From assembly GCA_951406725.2 (NCBI GenBank), contig OX597821.1, positions 72,974,001-73,038,000 on the forward strand: a DNA stretch of 64,000 nucleotides. Reading direction: 5' to 3'. The notes beneath the pieces are model-generated. The model saw nothing but the letters and a program-made list of their open reading frames with translations, ran no database searches and was not told the DNA's origin. A program made the position numbers and the translations under genes. Below are positions 16,101 through 28,825 of the stretch, one piece after another. How positions within the stretch are numbered: the stretch's first letter is position 1; every line of letters begins with the position of its first letter. This stretch comes from Octopus vulgaris (taxonomy: Eukaryota).

Positions 16101-17269
16101 GTATATATCAACCTGTGGATCGATCATACTTAAAGCAGATACTTCAGGTAAAAACCTAATCAACCGCAGTATTCGTTCTGAGATAGTAGTTCTTGTTGAC
16201 GTGCAGTGTTAAAAAGATATAAGAATGTATCAGCAGCAAACGAAAATCGTCCAACAGCTGTGATAGTTTTGTTAGGTGTGCATTTCTACCTCTTTGGTCT
16301 TCGTCTGTAGCAAGTATCCACAGGCAACCACATGCTAAGACAAAATCCGTCCTCACTGATATAGGAAAACAGTGACTAGAAAATCACTGATGTTGTAAAT
16401 CGCCGGCCGACTGAATAAAAATTCGTAATGGGCAACAAAAGAATTACAGTATTAGTTTAAAATATCAATCTGTGTTTCATACTTAAAACAGACACATTTT
16501 ACAATCGTACGATATTAATAATATCGTTTCTCTTACGATTCCTATGGCAGGTATTCATTAAATTCTTCTAACACTGTTGAAGACAAAATTTCTCGGAGAA
16601 ATTGCGACTTCTTGCCTATCCATAGATAATCCGTCTTTTCAGTGATTCCTTTACATTTTCTTATATATTCATTTCATTGGTGCTCCAACATGACCACATT
16701 CCAATGACAGAAACAAATAAAATAATAAAAAGCCAACAGATATTAAATTTTTCTCTTGCAGTTTCAGATTGACGATTCATTAAATTCTTATTTTGATTTT
16801 GTTTATTATTTATTTCAATAAAAACAAAAGAATTAGAAATAGTTTCTTTATGTGACAATGGAACAATCCAGCTTTTTCAGGTGTGCAACACACAATAATT
16901 TTCTTTATTCAGGGAAATTAACATCTTGTTCATTCCTCCTCCATTCCAGCTCGACAAACCAACAAAGCGAAACTAACGTCCCTATAACACAAAAAGCTTC
17001 ACCAGCATTTTCTAAATAATCACCCCACAAAACAATATCTCTGCCATAAATGTTATGTTTCAGGGAGCGTGAAGAACGCCAGCTTTCGCTTAACATTCAG
17101 CGCATACATTAAAAGCGAATGAGGAAAATCACCATATTTTGTTGATCTTCATCCACATTACTCCATGCGGTTTGTCTTTCTATAATATGTATTAGTAAGG
17201 ATGTGTGAGTGTGTGAATGTGTGTGTGTAAATATATATAAATCATAACTGTATATATACATAAATCACG

Positions 17270-17319
<50 letters not shown>

Positions 17320-17448
17320 TATATATCGGACACTACGCCCTCACGGCTGAAATTCAGAGTAACAAGACCAAAATAAAATGCATTATTAACCCCTCAACAA
17401 CGGCATTGAGTATTCTTTCTTCGACAGTCAGCATTAAATGTATATATA

Positions 17449-17484
<36 letters not shown>

Positions 17485-17692
17485 TGTGAAATAGAAAGAT
17501 GAATAATCTTGTAGTAGATTAATCAAAAGTTTAACCGATACCTTAGTAGCAAAAATCACAGCAGTAAAACAGCACGGTTGGAGGTACAACCATATGGTGT
17601 TGCAACCGTGCGTTGGTGCGGATAATTGAAATTAGAACATTATTGGTGAATTGAAGAAATGGAGCTGAACGCAGATTGAACAGAAATCGTTT

Positions 17693-17786
17693 TATTTCAT
17701 TCTACACGTGTTTCGAAAGGCACAAATTACCAAAATCCGATGGAATAATGGGACCATATTGTGTCTTTCTCTTCAGGAAGAAAATA
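17693..17786 (-). ncRNA. Type I hammerhead ribozyme motif (mirror copy)
   Basis: Reverse complement of 17958-18051; predicted cleavage between 17703 and 17702. Confidence 0.8.
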
Positions 17787-17957
17787 GGAAATCCGTTGGA
17801 AAAACAAAAACAGAACAGAGGCGGAGCAAAAACAAATCGAACTATGCTCCTAAGAGCCCATGGCGAAACTGCCAGTTTCGCCATGGGCTCTTAGGAGCAT
17901 AGTTCGATTTGTTTTTGCTCCGCCTCTGTTCTGTTTTTGTTTTTCCAACGGATTTCC

Positions 17958-18051
17958 TATTTTCTTCCTGAAGAGAAAGACACAATATGGTCCCATTATT
18001 CCATCGGATTTTGGTAATTTGTGCCTTTCGAAACACGTGTAGAATGAAATA
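17958..18051 (+). ncRNA. Type I hammerhead ribozyme motif
   Basis: Stem I UAUUUUCUUC/GAAUGAAAUA; core CUGAAGA at 17968-17974; stem II GAAAGACACAA/UUGUGCCUUUC (10 of 11 pairs); GAAA at 18030-18033; self-complementary stem III ACACGUGU; GUA triplet with predicted cleavage after 18041. Confidence 0.8.
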
Positions 18052-18098
18052 AAACGATTTCTGTTCAATCTGCGTTCAGCTCCATTTCTTCAATTCAC

Positions 18099-18183
<85 letters not shown>

Positions 18184-18659
18184 GGTGGCTGTCTATTCCT
18201 TATGCAGAGTTTGACCACCTCCTGTACCTACCCCTTAGCACCATCATGGCGTCTGATGTGGCTTTTTAAACCAATGTTCTGAAAAGACACCCACATAGAA
18301 TGCACCTCCGATTTGGACCACCAATACCTGCAGATAAATTCTGCTCTTCGTAGATCTTAACATGTCTTTTGAGGCCTCCGTTGGATTTGCAAACCTTTTG
18401 GCATACACTGCCTTTCAAAGGTGTGCACAGGCATATAGTCAGAATAGCTGGTGGACGTTCGTTTTCCATGCGTTCGCAGATGAGATTTGAGGCCAGCCAA
18501 AGACAGGTATGGGCTGTCACAGTCTGTGCACACAAAAACGTCATTGTCATTCACCTTCTCGATCGTTGCATTCTTCTTTAGATCTCTTTTGAGTCTTACT
18601 TGCGTTATTCTGGCCTCTTCAAATGCTTTTACTCCTCTCCACACCTTTGTTCGCCACCC

Positions 18660-18660
<1 letters not shown>
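18184..18660 (-). mobile_element. RTE-like LINE 3' end with three C2H2 zinc-finger motifs
   Basis: WRGVKAFEEARITQVRLKR...CTDCDSPYLSLAGLKSHLRTH, CQKVCKSNGGLKRHVK and CILCGCLFRTLV; homologous to 63137-63472 including the 3' UTR. Confidence 0.75.
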
Positions 18661-18699
<39 letters not shown>

Positions 18700-18998
18700 G
18701 TATGTATTTATGTATGTATGTATGTATGTATGTATGTATGTATGGATGGATGGATGTATGTATGTATGTATGTATGTATGTATGTATGTATGTGTATGTG
18801 TGTGTGTGTGCGCGCAGGTGTGTGTACGTACGTGTATAAATTTAATTGATCCATTTCAGCCGAGTTTTACGAATCAGTTTCGCACTGGGTATTAAATAAC
18901 TGGAGATTAGGTAACAGTACAGTCATACCTGCCATCTCCGTGCGCTCTTCGGAAATGGCAGATATGAAAAAGATATGACGTCTGTGTGTGTGTGTATG

Positions 18999-19031
<33 letters not shown>

Positions 19032-19329
19032 ATGTGTGTGTGTTTTTAGTGTGTGTTTTTAGTGTGTATGTGTGTGTGTGAGTGTAATTTAGCTTTTATC
19101 CTTGGTAATCTGCACACTAAGGGTTCTTTTACTCATTCACAACATTCTACCCTTTTCCTTCGTTTCCAAAAGTAAATCTTCAAGAATCCCTGCTTGACAA
19201 TGTTTAGAGTTTAGAAATCAATGGTAAGCTTTAATTGCAACGAATAATCACGCAAAGCCATTTGTCTCCACTCCATATATATGTACGTATAGACATATTT
19301 ATATGTATGCATGTATGTATGTCTCTTCT

Positions 19330-21310
19330 ATTTTTTAATCATTATAAATCTTCCACTGAGGAGGGAACCAGTTTCCAACAAAGATACAAGGCTCCATCTT
19401 TGGGATGTAGTTAACACATTCACATTTGGACAAATTCACATTTGGAACTTGAGAAAAATCTTGCATATTTTTACTGTTCCACTTACAGATTACACTTGTA
19501 ATATTGGAATCAACCGGTCATTTTCTCTTTCTGAAAATCCCAGTTTATCCAGATTCTCCTTTAGGCATATACTAACAAAACCTAGTGCTCTAATTATTAT
19601 TGGTATGAATATGAATTCATAGTATGGATATAGAAGCTGGAGGTTTAGAAACAGTTTTCCATAGACATCCTCTTTTTTTTTATTTGATGCGAGGCAGTTG
19701 ACCTCCATGGTGGTACATACCTTTGCCCCTATGTCCCAAACAACAATATCCGTCCTGTTATGTTTACAATGGACAGAAGTTTGGCGGGGAATATTCCACC
19801 AATATTCCTTGAGTTGGTGTTTATGAATGTATTCCATTACAGAGAGGGATTTTCTAAGTTTATTTCAGGACAGTCTTTTCTGCAGATGGCATTGCGAATT
19901 GTTTTACCAACAGCATCATGCCGCATAGGGAGGTAGTACCGTGACGACATTTTAGGACAGCTATTAATCACATGCGGGATGTCTTCCACAGAAACATGAC
20001 ATAGCCTACACATCCGGTTGCACCTTGGGGTTACAAGAGCGTCACTGTCTCTTCTTGTTCACCAGGTACTTTGTGGCAATCTCCTGTTTCTGGATTGCAA
20101 ACGCATATCCTTCAAAGTGTAATGTGATGTAGTGGTCTTGTATCCAAGAGAGGCTGCGCTTCGTGTCAATGCTACTGTCCTCTTCAAGCTGCGGACAGCA
20201 TACCGATGCATAGTCTTTTTTTTTTTTGTATGCTGTGTGCTTTCCATCCAGGTCTCGGGATTGATAGTGGCTCGTTTAAAAATTCGCATGTGATAGCGGA
20301 GTTTCTCGCTCATCGTCCTGAGTCCATGTTTTAAAGTGATCAGCTTTCCCTCAAGAGATCGGTGTGAAGAGCTGCCATAAAGTTTCATTAAGTTTTGTCT
20401 AAGGTAGGGTTGGTGAGGTGTAAACTCATTTCCCTCCTTACATTTTATGGCGGTACACGTTGTTGGTGTTTTCTTCAAGTTTTGTTTTCCATTTAGGTTA
20501 TTTCCGTTTAGTAATTTCCTTACTTTGTTCACTGTAGATTTCTCCTGGGTGTTCTTTAGGGGTGATATCAGCTGTGTTTATAAGGGTATTTATATTGCAG
20601 CAATTAACCTCACATGATTCCATGTGCTCTCTAGCCATAACTTTAAACATTAGACCTGTCGGGTTTTTTCTCACTCTTGTTGGCAATGGTCTGTTGCTCA
20701 ACGAAAGCTTCGAGAAAGAAGCAAACGTTTTTACAAATCGCAATTTTAAACTGTTTTTGAGTTGGATGTATTCCGCAGTCTTTGCTACTGAGTCAGCTAA
20801 ATTTGGAGACACACTCGAATTTAGCGATGGCAGGAGCGGTGGTTTGTTTACATTGTTTTTTACGCTGCTTTTGGCAGATTTTGGCCCATTCTCAGTGTTT
20901 TGGGAGGCTCGAGTTGATTTTTTTTTTTACAGAAGCTGCTTGTTTTCGGAGCTGTTTCACCGTGAAGGTATTTAAGTATTGTTTTAACCGCTTCATGTAT
21001 CCAATTGAAAGGGTCATCTGGAGCTTTTTCATAGCACCGAAGTAAATCTTGGTTTAGTTGTTGAGCCCAAGTAAAACGAGAAGAGTCCTTACGTCTTCTT
21101 AGATAACTTACTGGTGAATTAGTTCTGTTTTCATCGGTGTGTATGTATATACATATACAGTAGTAGTTTCGAAAGTTCCCGTGGAAAGTCAGAAGGGAAA
21201 GGAGAGTGCTCAATATAGTCACTAGAGCTGAGCGCCCCTATGAGTATAGTCCCCCGACACAGGGCAACCTTAGGTTTCGAAATCCATATTTGTAGATAAT
21301 CATTTAATGT
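19330..21310 (-). mobile_element. R4/Dong LINE, internally deleted (5' region joined to RT C-terminus and RLE)
   Basis: N-terminal RFTWAQQLNQDLLRCYEKA and GYMKRL-type motif near 20980-21080; EGYAFAIQKQEIATKYLV near 20058-20113; CRLCHVSVEDIPHVINSCPKMSSRYYLPMRHD; EYWWNIPRQTSVHCKHNRTDIVVWD. The RT core is missing. Confidence 0.88.
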
Positions 21311-21485
21311 CTACATTCCTATGGCTCTTTCATCTACCCAGAGTGGGTGCGAATGTATATATATATATGTATATACGCACACATATATAGTACATATATA
21401 AACATATGTACATGTAATTACATATATATACATTATATATACAATATGTATATAATACATATATAACATATACATACATGCTAAT

Positions 21486-21542
<57 letters not shown>

Positions 21543-21705
21543 AGAGAAGAGAGAGTGTGGAGAAATAATATGTAAAGAGGAATAAGAGACAGTAAAGATA
21601 AAAAGAGTGATGGGAGAGATAGGAAGAAAGAAAAAAGAATGAAAGACAGAGAAAAAGAGAGAAAGATAGATAGATAGGGAGAGAGCGAGAGAGCGAGAGA
21701 GAGAG

Positions 21706-21742
<37 letters not shown>

Positions 21743-21894
21743 GAGCGTTTGTACAGAAGGAATATTGTAGAGAGCTAAAGGATGTGTGAGATTTTATGAT
21801 TGGATTGTGTAAAGGTTTTCAGGTTAAATAGCTGAGCAGAAACATCTACTTGAAGAGTTTTTCACTGTTTGTTTTACTATTTGCTATTTTTCAG

Positions 21895-21961
21895 GACATT
21901 AAAAGCAAACTACAATTGCTCTACTTACAAATCGGAGTGACCATGGATGCCATGGGCCTTG
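21895..21961 (+). CDS. Candidate isolated 67-bp internal exon (DIKSKLQLLYLQIGVTMDAMGL), host gene unknown
   Basis: Polypyrimidine tract and tttttcag acceptor ending at 21894, G|gtaaat donor at 21961/21962, one open frame, apparently non-repetitive context. No homology recognised. Confidence 0.25.
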
Positions 21962-22234
21962 GTAAATAATCGCAATGACAATTATTCAAGTATACGAAGA
22001 GGAATATCAATAATTTTATTCATTGTGTTTACATATCAAGTTCGTGAGTGAAGGTTAGAAAAAGGTGGTGAAAGCTGGTGGAATCTGGTGAAAGCTGCTC
22101 AAATGATGGGTGATTAAAGTGTTTTGTGCCGCGCTCTGTTGACTGACGACAGCGAGAGAAACACATCTGTCATTTTAATGTAAATGGCGAAGAAAGCAAA
22201 AGATAGAAAGAGAAGAGAGCTAGGGGAAAGAGAG

Positions 22235-22303
<69 letters not shown>

Positions 22304-22546
22304 GTGAGTGTATGTTTGAGCATTTGTGTGCGTTTGTCTATTTGTATGTTTGTGTATATGTGTTTGTGCAAGCGCGTCTATGTGTTTAGGTATGTTTATG
22401 TGAGAGAATGGGAGGTGAGAGAGAACAAAGGAAAATGTGAACAAGAATGGGCAGAAAAAGAATAGAAACAATGAAACGAGACGATACGAGCGATGTGGGG
22501 AGGAGCATAGTGACATACATATTCATACACTCAGGCACACAAGTAA

Positions 22547-22607
<61 letters not shown>

Positions 22608-22814
22608 TATGCTATATACAGCTATCCATTCATATAAACCTATATCTACACGCTCCCGTGTGTAGAAATAGGGCAGATAATTCTAGATATTCTCTGGTAG
22701 CCTCGATACGACACAGTGAACTTTTCTAGAGTCAAAGGTCTTGACAGTCAAGTTTTGAAGAGGAAAACTGTGCAGAAGGCTATTGAATGTATGTACGTAC
22801 GTACGTCTGTATGT

Positions 22815-23615
22815 ATGTCATTATTCAGTTTATTTCAAGATTTCTTGCCAACAGAGAAAGAACCGGTTTCTAATCTAGATCCAAAGCTCTTTCTGGATCT
22901 GTAGTCTTCGAATCAACTTTCTGCTTTCTGGTTTTGAGAAGCCTAATTTCTCAAGATTGGTATTTAGGCAGTGTGTCACATATTCCAGGGCCCCGATAAT
23001 TACAGGTATAAACCCAAACTTGAAATCTGGATAGAGTAACTGCAGATTTCTCAATAGTTCAGCATAGGTGTTCCCTTTCTCACTGATCTTCAGCTTTATG
23101 TTAACATCCGCTGGGCAGATAATTTCCACAACTGTGCACAGTTACTCTTTTCTATCCCAAATCATTATATTAGGTCTGTTGTGCTTACATTTTATTGAGG
23201 TTTTCACTGGTACATTTCACCAGTATTCCTTTTTATTATGAGTGGCTTCTACCATACTGCGAGTTCTTATTTCTTTACCCTCGCGATTATCCTTCCATCG
23301 GATTTCATTATAGAGTGTAATAGCTACAACGTCATGTCTCATCAGAAGATAATACCGTGATGACATTTTTGGACAACTGCTTATGATGTGGGTGATGTCT
23401 TCAGTGTTAACTCCACAAAGTCTGCATCGGTTGTCACAGATTACAGGTTTTCTTGCATCTCTATCCATTTTATGCATCCGGTACTTGGTTGATATTTCCT
23501 GTTCCTGGATTGTAAACGCATACCCTTTAAAGTGGGAGGTGATAATCCCGCTGTTGGCCCATGATAAACTGCTTTGATGATCGATGTTACTATCACCACG
23601 GAGCTTTCAGGCGAT
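22815..23615 (-). mobile_element. R4/Dong LINE, 5'-truncated
   Basis: GYAFTIQEQEISTKY, CRLCGVNTEDITHIISSCPKMSSRYYLLMRHD, KHNRPNIMIWD and EIICPADVNIKLKISEK; close relative of the 8897-12815 copy. Confidence 0.92.
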
Positions 23616-23877
23616 ATGTAAATATTGTCTCTGTAAGTTTAAAATCCTCGGCTTCAACAACATCCTCTCTGTCTGTCGTGGCCTGAATTTAATAGTAGTC
23701 ATTGGAAGTAAGTATAATCTCCCTGCTGGATAGCACAGGGTGAAACCTGAAAGTGGACGAGCTTCATACTGTTCTCTGCCAAGTTCTTAATAGAATATAC
23801 CATAACTATATATATATATAGTTATGCAATATATATATATATATAGTTATGTAATATATACTCCATCTAAATATCAT

Positions 23878-24245
23878 TTTCTATTCCAGGCCCGAAATTT
23901 TAGGGGAGGGGTCCAGTCGATTAGATCGACCCCAGCACGCAACTGGTACTTAATTTATCGTTCCCCGAAAGCATGAAGGGCAAATTCGACCTCAGCGGAA
24001 TTTGAACTCAGAACGTGAAGACAGACGAAATACCTATTTCTTTACTACCCACAAGGGGCTAAACACAGAGGGGACAAACAAGGAAAGACAAATGGATTAA
24101 GTCGATTACATCGACCCCAGTGCGTAACTGGTTCTTATTTAATCGACCCCGAAAGGATGAAAGGCAAAGTCGACCTCGGTGGAATTTGAACTCAGAACGT
24201 AACGGCAGACGAAATACCGCTAAGCATTTCACCCAGCGTGCTAAC
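23878..24245 (-). mobile_element. Tandem CORE-SINE pair (OR2-like)
   Basis: Two CORE motifs (near 23940-23995 and 24125-24180) joined at gacgaaatac|ctatttc. Confidence 0.85.
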
Positions 24246-25532
24246 TCCATCTAAATATTACTACGCCCAGTGGTAGGTGGTGGTCGTGGTGGGGTGTCCA
24301 CTGCCACGTTCAGATGCTCTGTTCTTTGTCTTTTACTAATCGGAAGATGTCTTGACTATTTATTAAAGCTCAGGGACACTCTGGTAAAAGAAAGGTGGAG
24401 TTTATCAGGATTGATAAATTAATTTCCTTCGACACAAACATCATCAAGGACGAAAGCTAAACATTATTTGTAAGTCCTGAAGGAGAACTACTTCGTTATA
24501 AATTTGTCTCAAAGACAAATTGGATCCCACCAAGTAAATAGACTTCTATCTGGAGCTCTCCCTCTTCTCTCTCCTTCTCTCTCTTTCTCTCTTTCACTCT
24601 GTCTTTCTTTCTCTCCCCATCCATCTTTTAATAGATTTATAATCGCAATGAGAAAGCTCCGCTACGACCAGATATCTTCATTTTAAATTGTCGTTGGTGT
24701 TACAATAAAATTTTCTAGTTCCGACCGATTTAGTCCGAATGGAGCAGATCTATGCTGAAAGACATCCCAAATGTGACCATTCTGTCTTTTATCTAAGTAG
24801 TACTACAATGTCATACGTGTCATTCCTTTTTCTTAGAAACCTTTGGCTGATGTTTCTAGCAGATCCAGCATCCATACAAAGTCTTTCTCATTAACTCAAG
24901 ACAACGAGTTCGAAGAATTAATGATCCTTTCAGGTGTTAGACAACCAACTGAGTGGTCAGACGTTCAAATCCTACCCCAGGTTCTCTATTTTTTCCAATG
25001 ACACGAAGATTGCTTCTCAACTGGCTCAGTCTATCTAGCCGTAAATTGACGTCATGAAGTAGGAAGAGTCTGCAACTACTCCAAGTAGAAATAGTCTAAG
25101 AACTGGTCAACTTGTAGCATTGAGTTAATTTTCTCCCCGGAGTAGAAGACGGAAACAGAGAGAGAGAGTCTTTCACGTTGAATTCTCCTTGATGCGCTGC
25201 ACGGAAACTATGTCATTTGTGACCATCACAACTAGAGGCCGAGGACTGTGTGTAGGTGTACCGACAGATTATTGGAAAATGAATCACTGACTGACTACAA
25301 TAATTAAACCATTGAAAAATTGAAGGCATCGATAATAATCCTTATTGGAATCGACGACGGAAAGTGATAATGAAATTGTTCTAAAGTGGAATTAGAGACA
25401 GATTTAATTAGGTTTTTACAGCACAAGGAAATGAAACGTAATGTTTAGCTGAACAGAATTTACAGCGATATTCTCGTCTGGATTTAGTTATCCCCTTGAC
25501 TTGGGAAGATTTCATAAGCATTATATGGCGTC

Positions 25533-25566
<34 letters not shown>

Positions 25567-25696
25567 ATTTATAAATAGATAAATAGATATTAGATATAAA
25601 CATATATGTGTTGTATGTGTAAATCTAAAAGAAGTTTTAATTCATATATAAGTATATATATATATATATATATATATACAACACACACATATATTA

Positions 25697-25748
<52 letters not shown>

Positions 25749-25890
25749 GGCACAAAAAGAAAATGACTCTCCCCAGACACAACAGTATATATATATAAAA
25801 GCATATACATATACATAAATACATAAATACGTACATATATGTGTGTACGTGTGTGTGTATACATATATGTATATATACATATACATATAT

Positions 25891-25957
<67 letters not shown>

Positions 25958-26564
25958 AGAGAAAAATACAGAGTCTCTCCCCCTCAAATACACATTTTAA
26001 CGGCTGATAACTCAGTTTTCATTTTTCTTTAGATTTAACCCAATCAGAAATAATAGAAGGAGCCCGGTTGAGGTTTGATCAAAAGAAATTTATCCTAAAG
26101 TAGACCGGGGGGATGGGGCGTAGTTTGTGAGGTAATAGAGTCGACTTTTTCTTGGCCTTGTTCGCGGCCTGTCTGTTCAAGGACAGTGTCCACGTGGTGT
26201 CCGAAATAAAATGACACACATCATTTATTGGAATGAAATTACAATAATCGGCTTCTCCTTTTTCATTCAATAAGTGTCACTTGGCCTAATTGCTTTGACG
26301 TAAAATGTTTTAATTCTGGGCGCAGTTCGTTCAGACACGTTTCCATTGTTTTATAGAGCCGTCACATGAATCTTCTGCCTTTTTTTTTTACAACATTTAA
26401 CTAAGTCATTATTGAATTAATAACTGCAAGAAAAATATACTTTTTAGCTTCGGTTTCTTCGACGGCAATAACTAAAAAGAACTTATTTACTTTTGACAAT
26501 GTTTTCTTTCGATTTTGCCGTAGTGTTGGTGTTATCGTGTGCAGCCATGTTGTTTGTAGCAAAT

Positions 26565-26605
<41 letters not shown>

Positions 26606-26676
26606 AACACACACACACACACACACATGCACACACACAAACACACACACACACACACACATGCACACACAAACAC

Positions 26677-26712
<36 letters not shown>

Positions 26713-26977
26713 GCACACACACAAATGGTTGGGTGTATTGGGACGAATGTTGTACAATCTTCAATGAATATGATGACAAGAATAGGCAATCGTTTAACAA
26801 GGTTGATAGTTGTATTAATGTTGGAGAAAATATCCGTCGTATATTTAATGAAGAGTCTCCCACGTTAAATAAGTGGTTGCTCGTGCCGACTACCTTGTAT
26901 GTATGTATGTATGTATGTATGTATGTATGTATGTATGTATGTATGTATGTATGTATGTATGTATGTATGTATGTATG

Positions 26978-27118
26978 TTTTTATGTGTCTCTTTCTGTAG
27001 AAGAGCGTAGGCTCGAAACGAAAAATACTTTTTCAATTCCTGAGCGTTATACTAATACATCTGTTTGTTTTGTACACCACCTGTCTTCGTCTTTTGTTTT
27101 TTCGTGAACTCTCCCCCT
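26978..27118 (+). mobile_element. Penelope-like pseudo-LTR fragment with mutated hammerhead-like motif
   Basis: ctttctgtagaagagcgtaggctcgaaacgaaaaatac, same family as 15662 and 39160; embedded in (TATG)n. Confidence 0.6.
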
Positions 27119-27289
27119 ATGTATGTATGTATGTATGTATGTATGTATGTATGTATGTATGTATGTATGTATGTATGTATGTATGTATGTATGTATGTAT
27201 GTATGTATGTATGTATTTATGTATGTATGTGTGTGTGTGTGTATGTGTGTATATGCGTGTATATATATATGTATGCGTATACATGTTCT

Positions 27290-27680
27290 ATTTTTAATTA
27301 TTTTAATTATAAGGAAGGCGATGATTTTCAACAAAGATATAAAGCTCCGTCGTTGGAATGTAGGTAACGAAAACAAATTTACATTTTGAACTTGAGAAAA
27401 GTCTTGCATATTTTTACTGTTCCACTAACGTAATGTATGGTGTTCCACTAACGTAATGTATGGTGTTAGCTCGGTGGTTCCTGTTTCTGGAAAGCCTAGC
27501 TTTTCCAGATGGTAACTTTTGTATCTATCCACAAAATACAGTGCACCAATTATTGGTATAAACGTGAATTTATAATCAGGCTATAAAGTCTGGAGGTTTC
27601 GAAGCAACTTCCCATAGTTATTTTTTTCTGTCTTTGATTTTCGAAGAGGTGCTCAAATCTGTTGAGCAAGAGGTGTTTTA
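27290..27680 (-). mobile_element. R4/Dong LINE 3' fragment with a 23-bp tandem duplication
   Basis: Similar to 19330-19700; tgttccactaacgtaatgtatgg occurs twice near 27418-27463. Confidence 0.75.
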
Positions 27681-28417
27681 AGGTAGGAGTTCTTTGCATC
27701 AAAGCAGACACTCTTTCGCATTATTGATCACAAATTGCGACTGAAAATATTAAATTCTTCGGTTTCTGTGGAGACTATTTTGGTACTAAGCCATCTAAAA
27801 TTCGAACAGTCTAGTTCTTTGGTTTGCTTTCGGTGAAAAGTTTGAAATGGAATCCATTGGGAAACAGGTGTCAGATACACACTCACGTGATTGCATAGAC
27901 ATTCTTAAATAAGAAGAGAAGACAGATAGATAGAAAGGAAGAAAGAGGGAGAGAGAGAGATAGTAAGAAAGAATGTTAGAAAAAAATAAAGTGTTGCTGA
28001 ATATGGACAACGTCGCTACACGTCATCAAAAATGTTTTTGAGACCGAAAACGATTGATTTAGTGATTTGTTATGATATTGAAGGAACAAGCAAACACAAT
28101 TTCAAGATCAGAAATTCCATTATCACTGCATTCGCCATGATCTGATATTTTTGTTGCAAGGAAATTAATCACTAAAAGTAAAACTAAGGTAAAATGAAAA
28201 AAAAATAGAAAAAAAACTTTACAGCTGGCATTGATCAATAAAATGTATTTGAAATATTTATTTTCAAAGCACACGACACTGTATCTGTTTCGAAAGAATT
28301 TGATTTTTAAACTTACACCCTTTCATCCGATTTGGTCTATAATGGTCAATGAAAATACAGACACTGCTACATTCACTTTGGCAGAAGTGTTAGTGTCGAA
28401 TAAATCATCATCATCGC

Positions 28418-28499
<82 letters not shown>

Positions 28500-28547
28500 G
28501 CTGTTGTTGTTGTTGTTGTTGTTGTTGTCGTCATTATTATTATTATT

Positions 28548-28756
28548 AAGGCGATGAGCTGGCAGAACCGTTAGCACGCTGGATGAAATGCTTAGCGATA
28601 TTTCACCTGTAGCTATGTTCTGAGTTTAAATTCTGCCGAAGTCGACTTTGCGTTTCGTCCTTTCGAGGTCGATAAATTAAGCAGCAGTGAAACACTGGGG
28701 TCGATGTAATCGACTACTCCCCGCAAATTTCAGGCCTTGTGTCTATAGTAGAAATG
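28548..28756 (+). mobile_element. CORE-SINE between (ATT)/(GTT) microsatellites
   Basis: aaggcgatgagctggcagaaccgttagcacg head and a CORE motif. Confidence 0.85.

Positions 28757-28822
<66 letters not shown>

Positions 28823-28825
<3 letters not shown>

Larger units (their letters stand above)
17483..18105. mobile_element. Fold-back element (probable inverted Penelope-like pseudo-LTR) containing a perfect 467-bp palindrome
   Basis: 17639-17871 is the reverse complement of 17873-18105 with a 1-nt centre (C17872). A unique extension at 17483-17638 lies on the left, and (TA)n flanks both sides. Confidence 0.8.

Noticed and set aside
17676-18068. Paired identical ORFs on opposite strands
   Set aside because: A consequence of the palindrome; no recognisable domain.
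18266-18644. C2H2 ORFs read as a host zinc-finger gene
   Set aside because: No TGEKP linkers, preceded by an RTE-type W..GV..FEE.R segment, frameshifted, and dispersed with a shared 3' UTR.
21150-21310. HDV-like ribozyme at the 5' end of the Dong element (ctttccacggg on the minus strand)
   Set aside because: I could not build the P1/P2 nested pseudoknot by eye; a descriptor search is needed.
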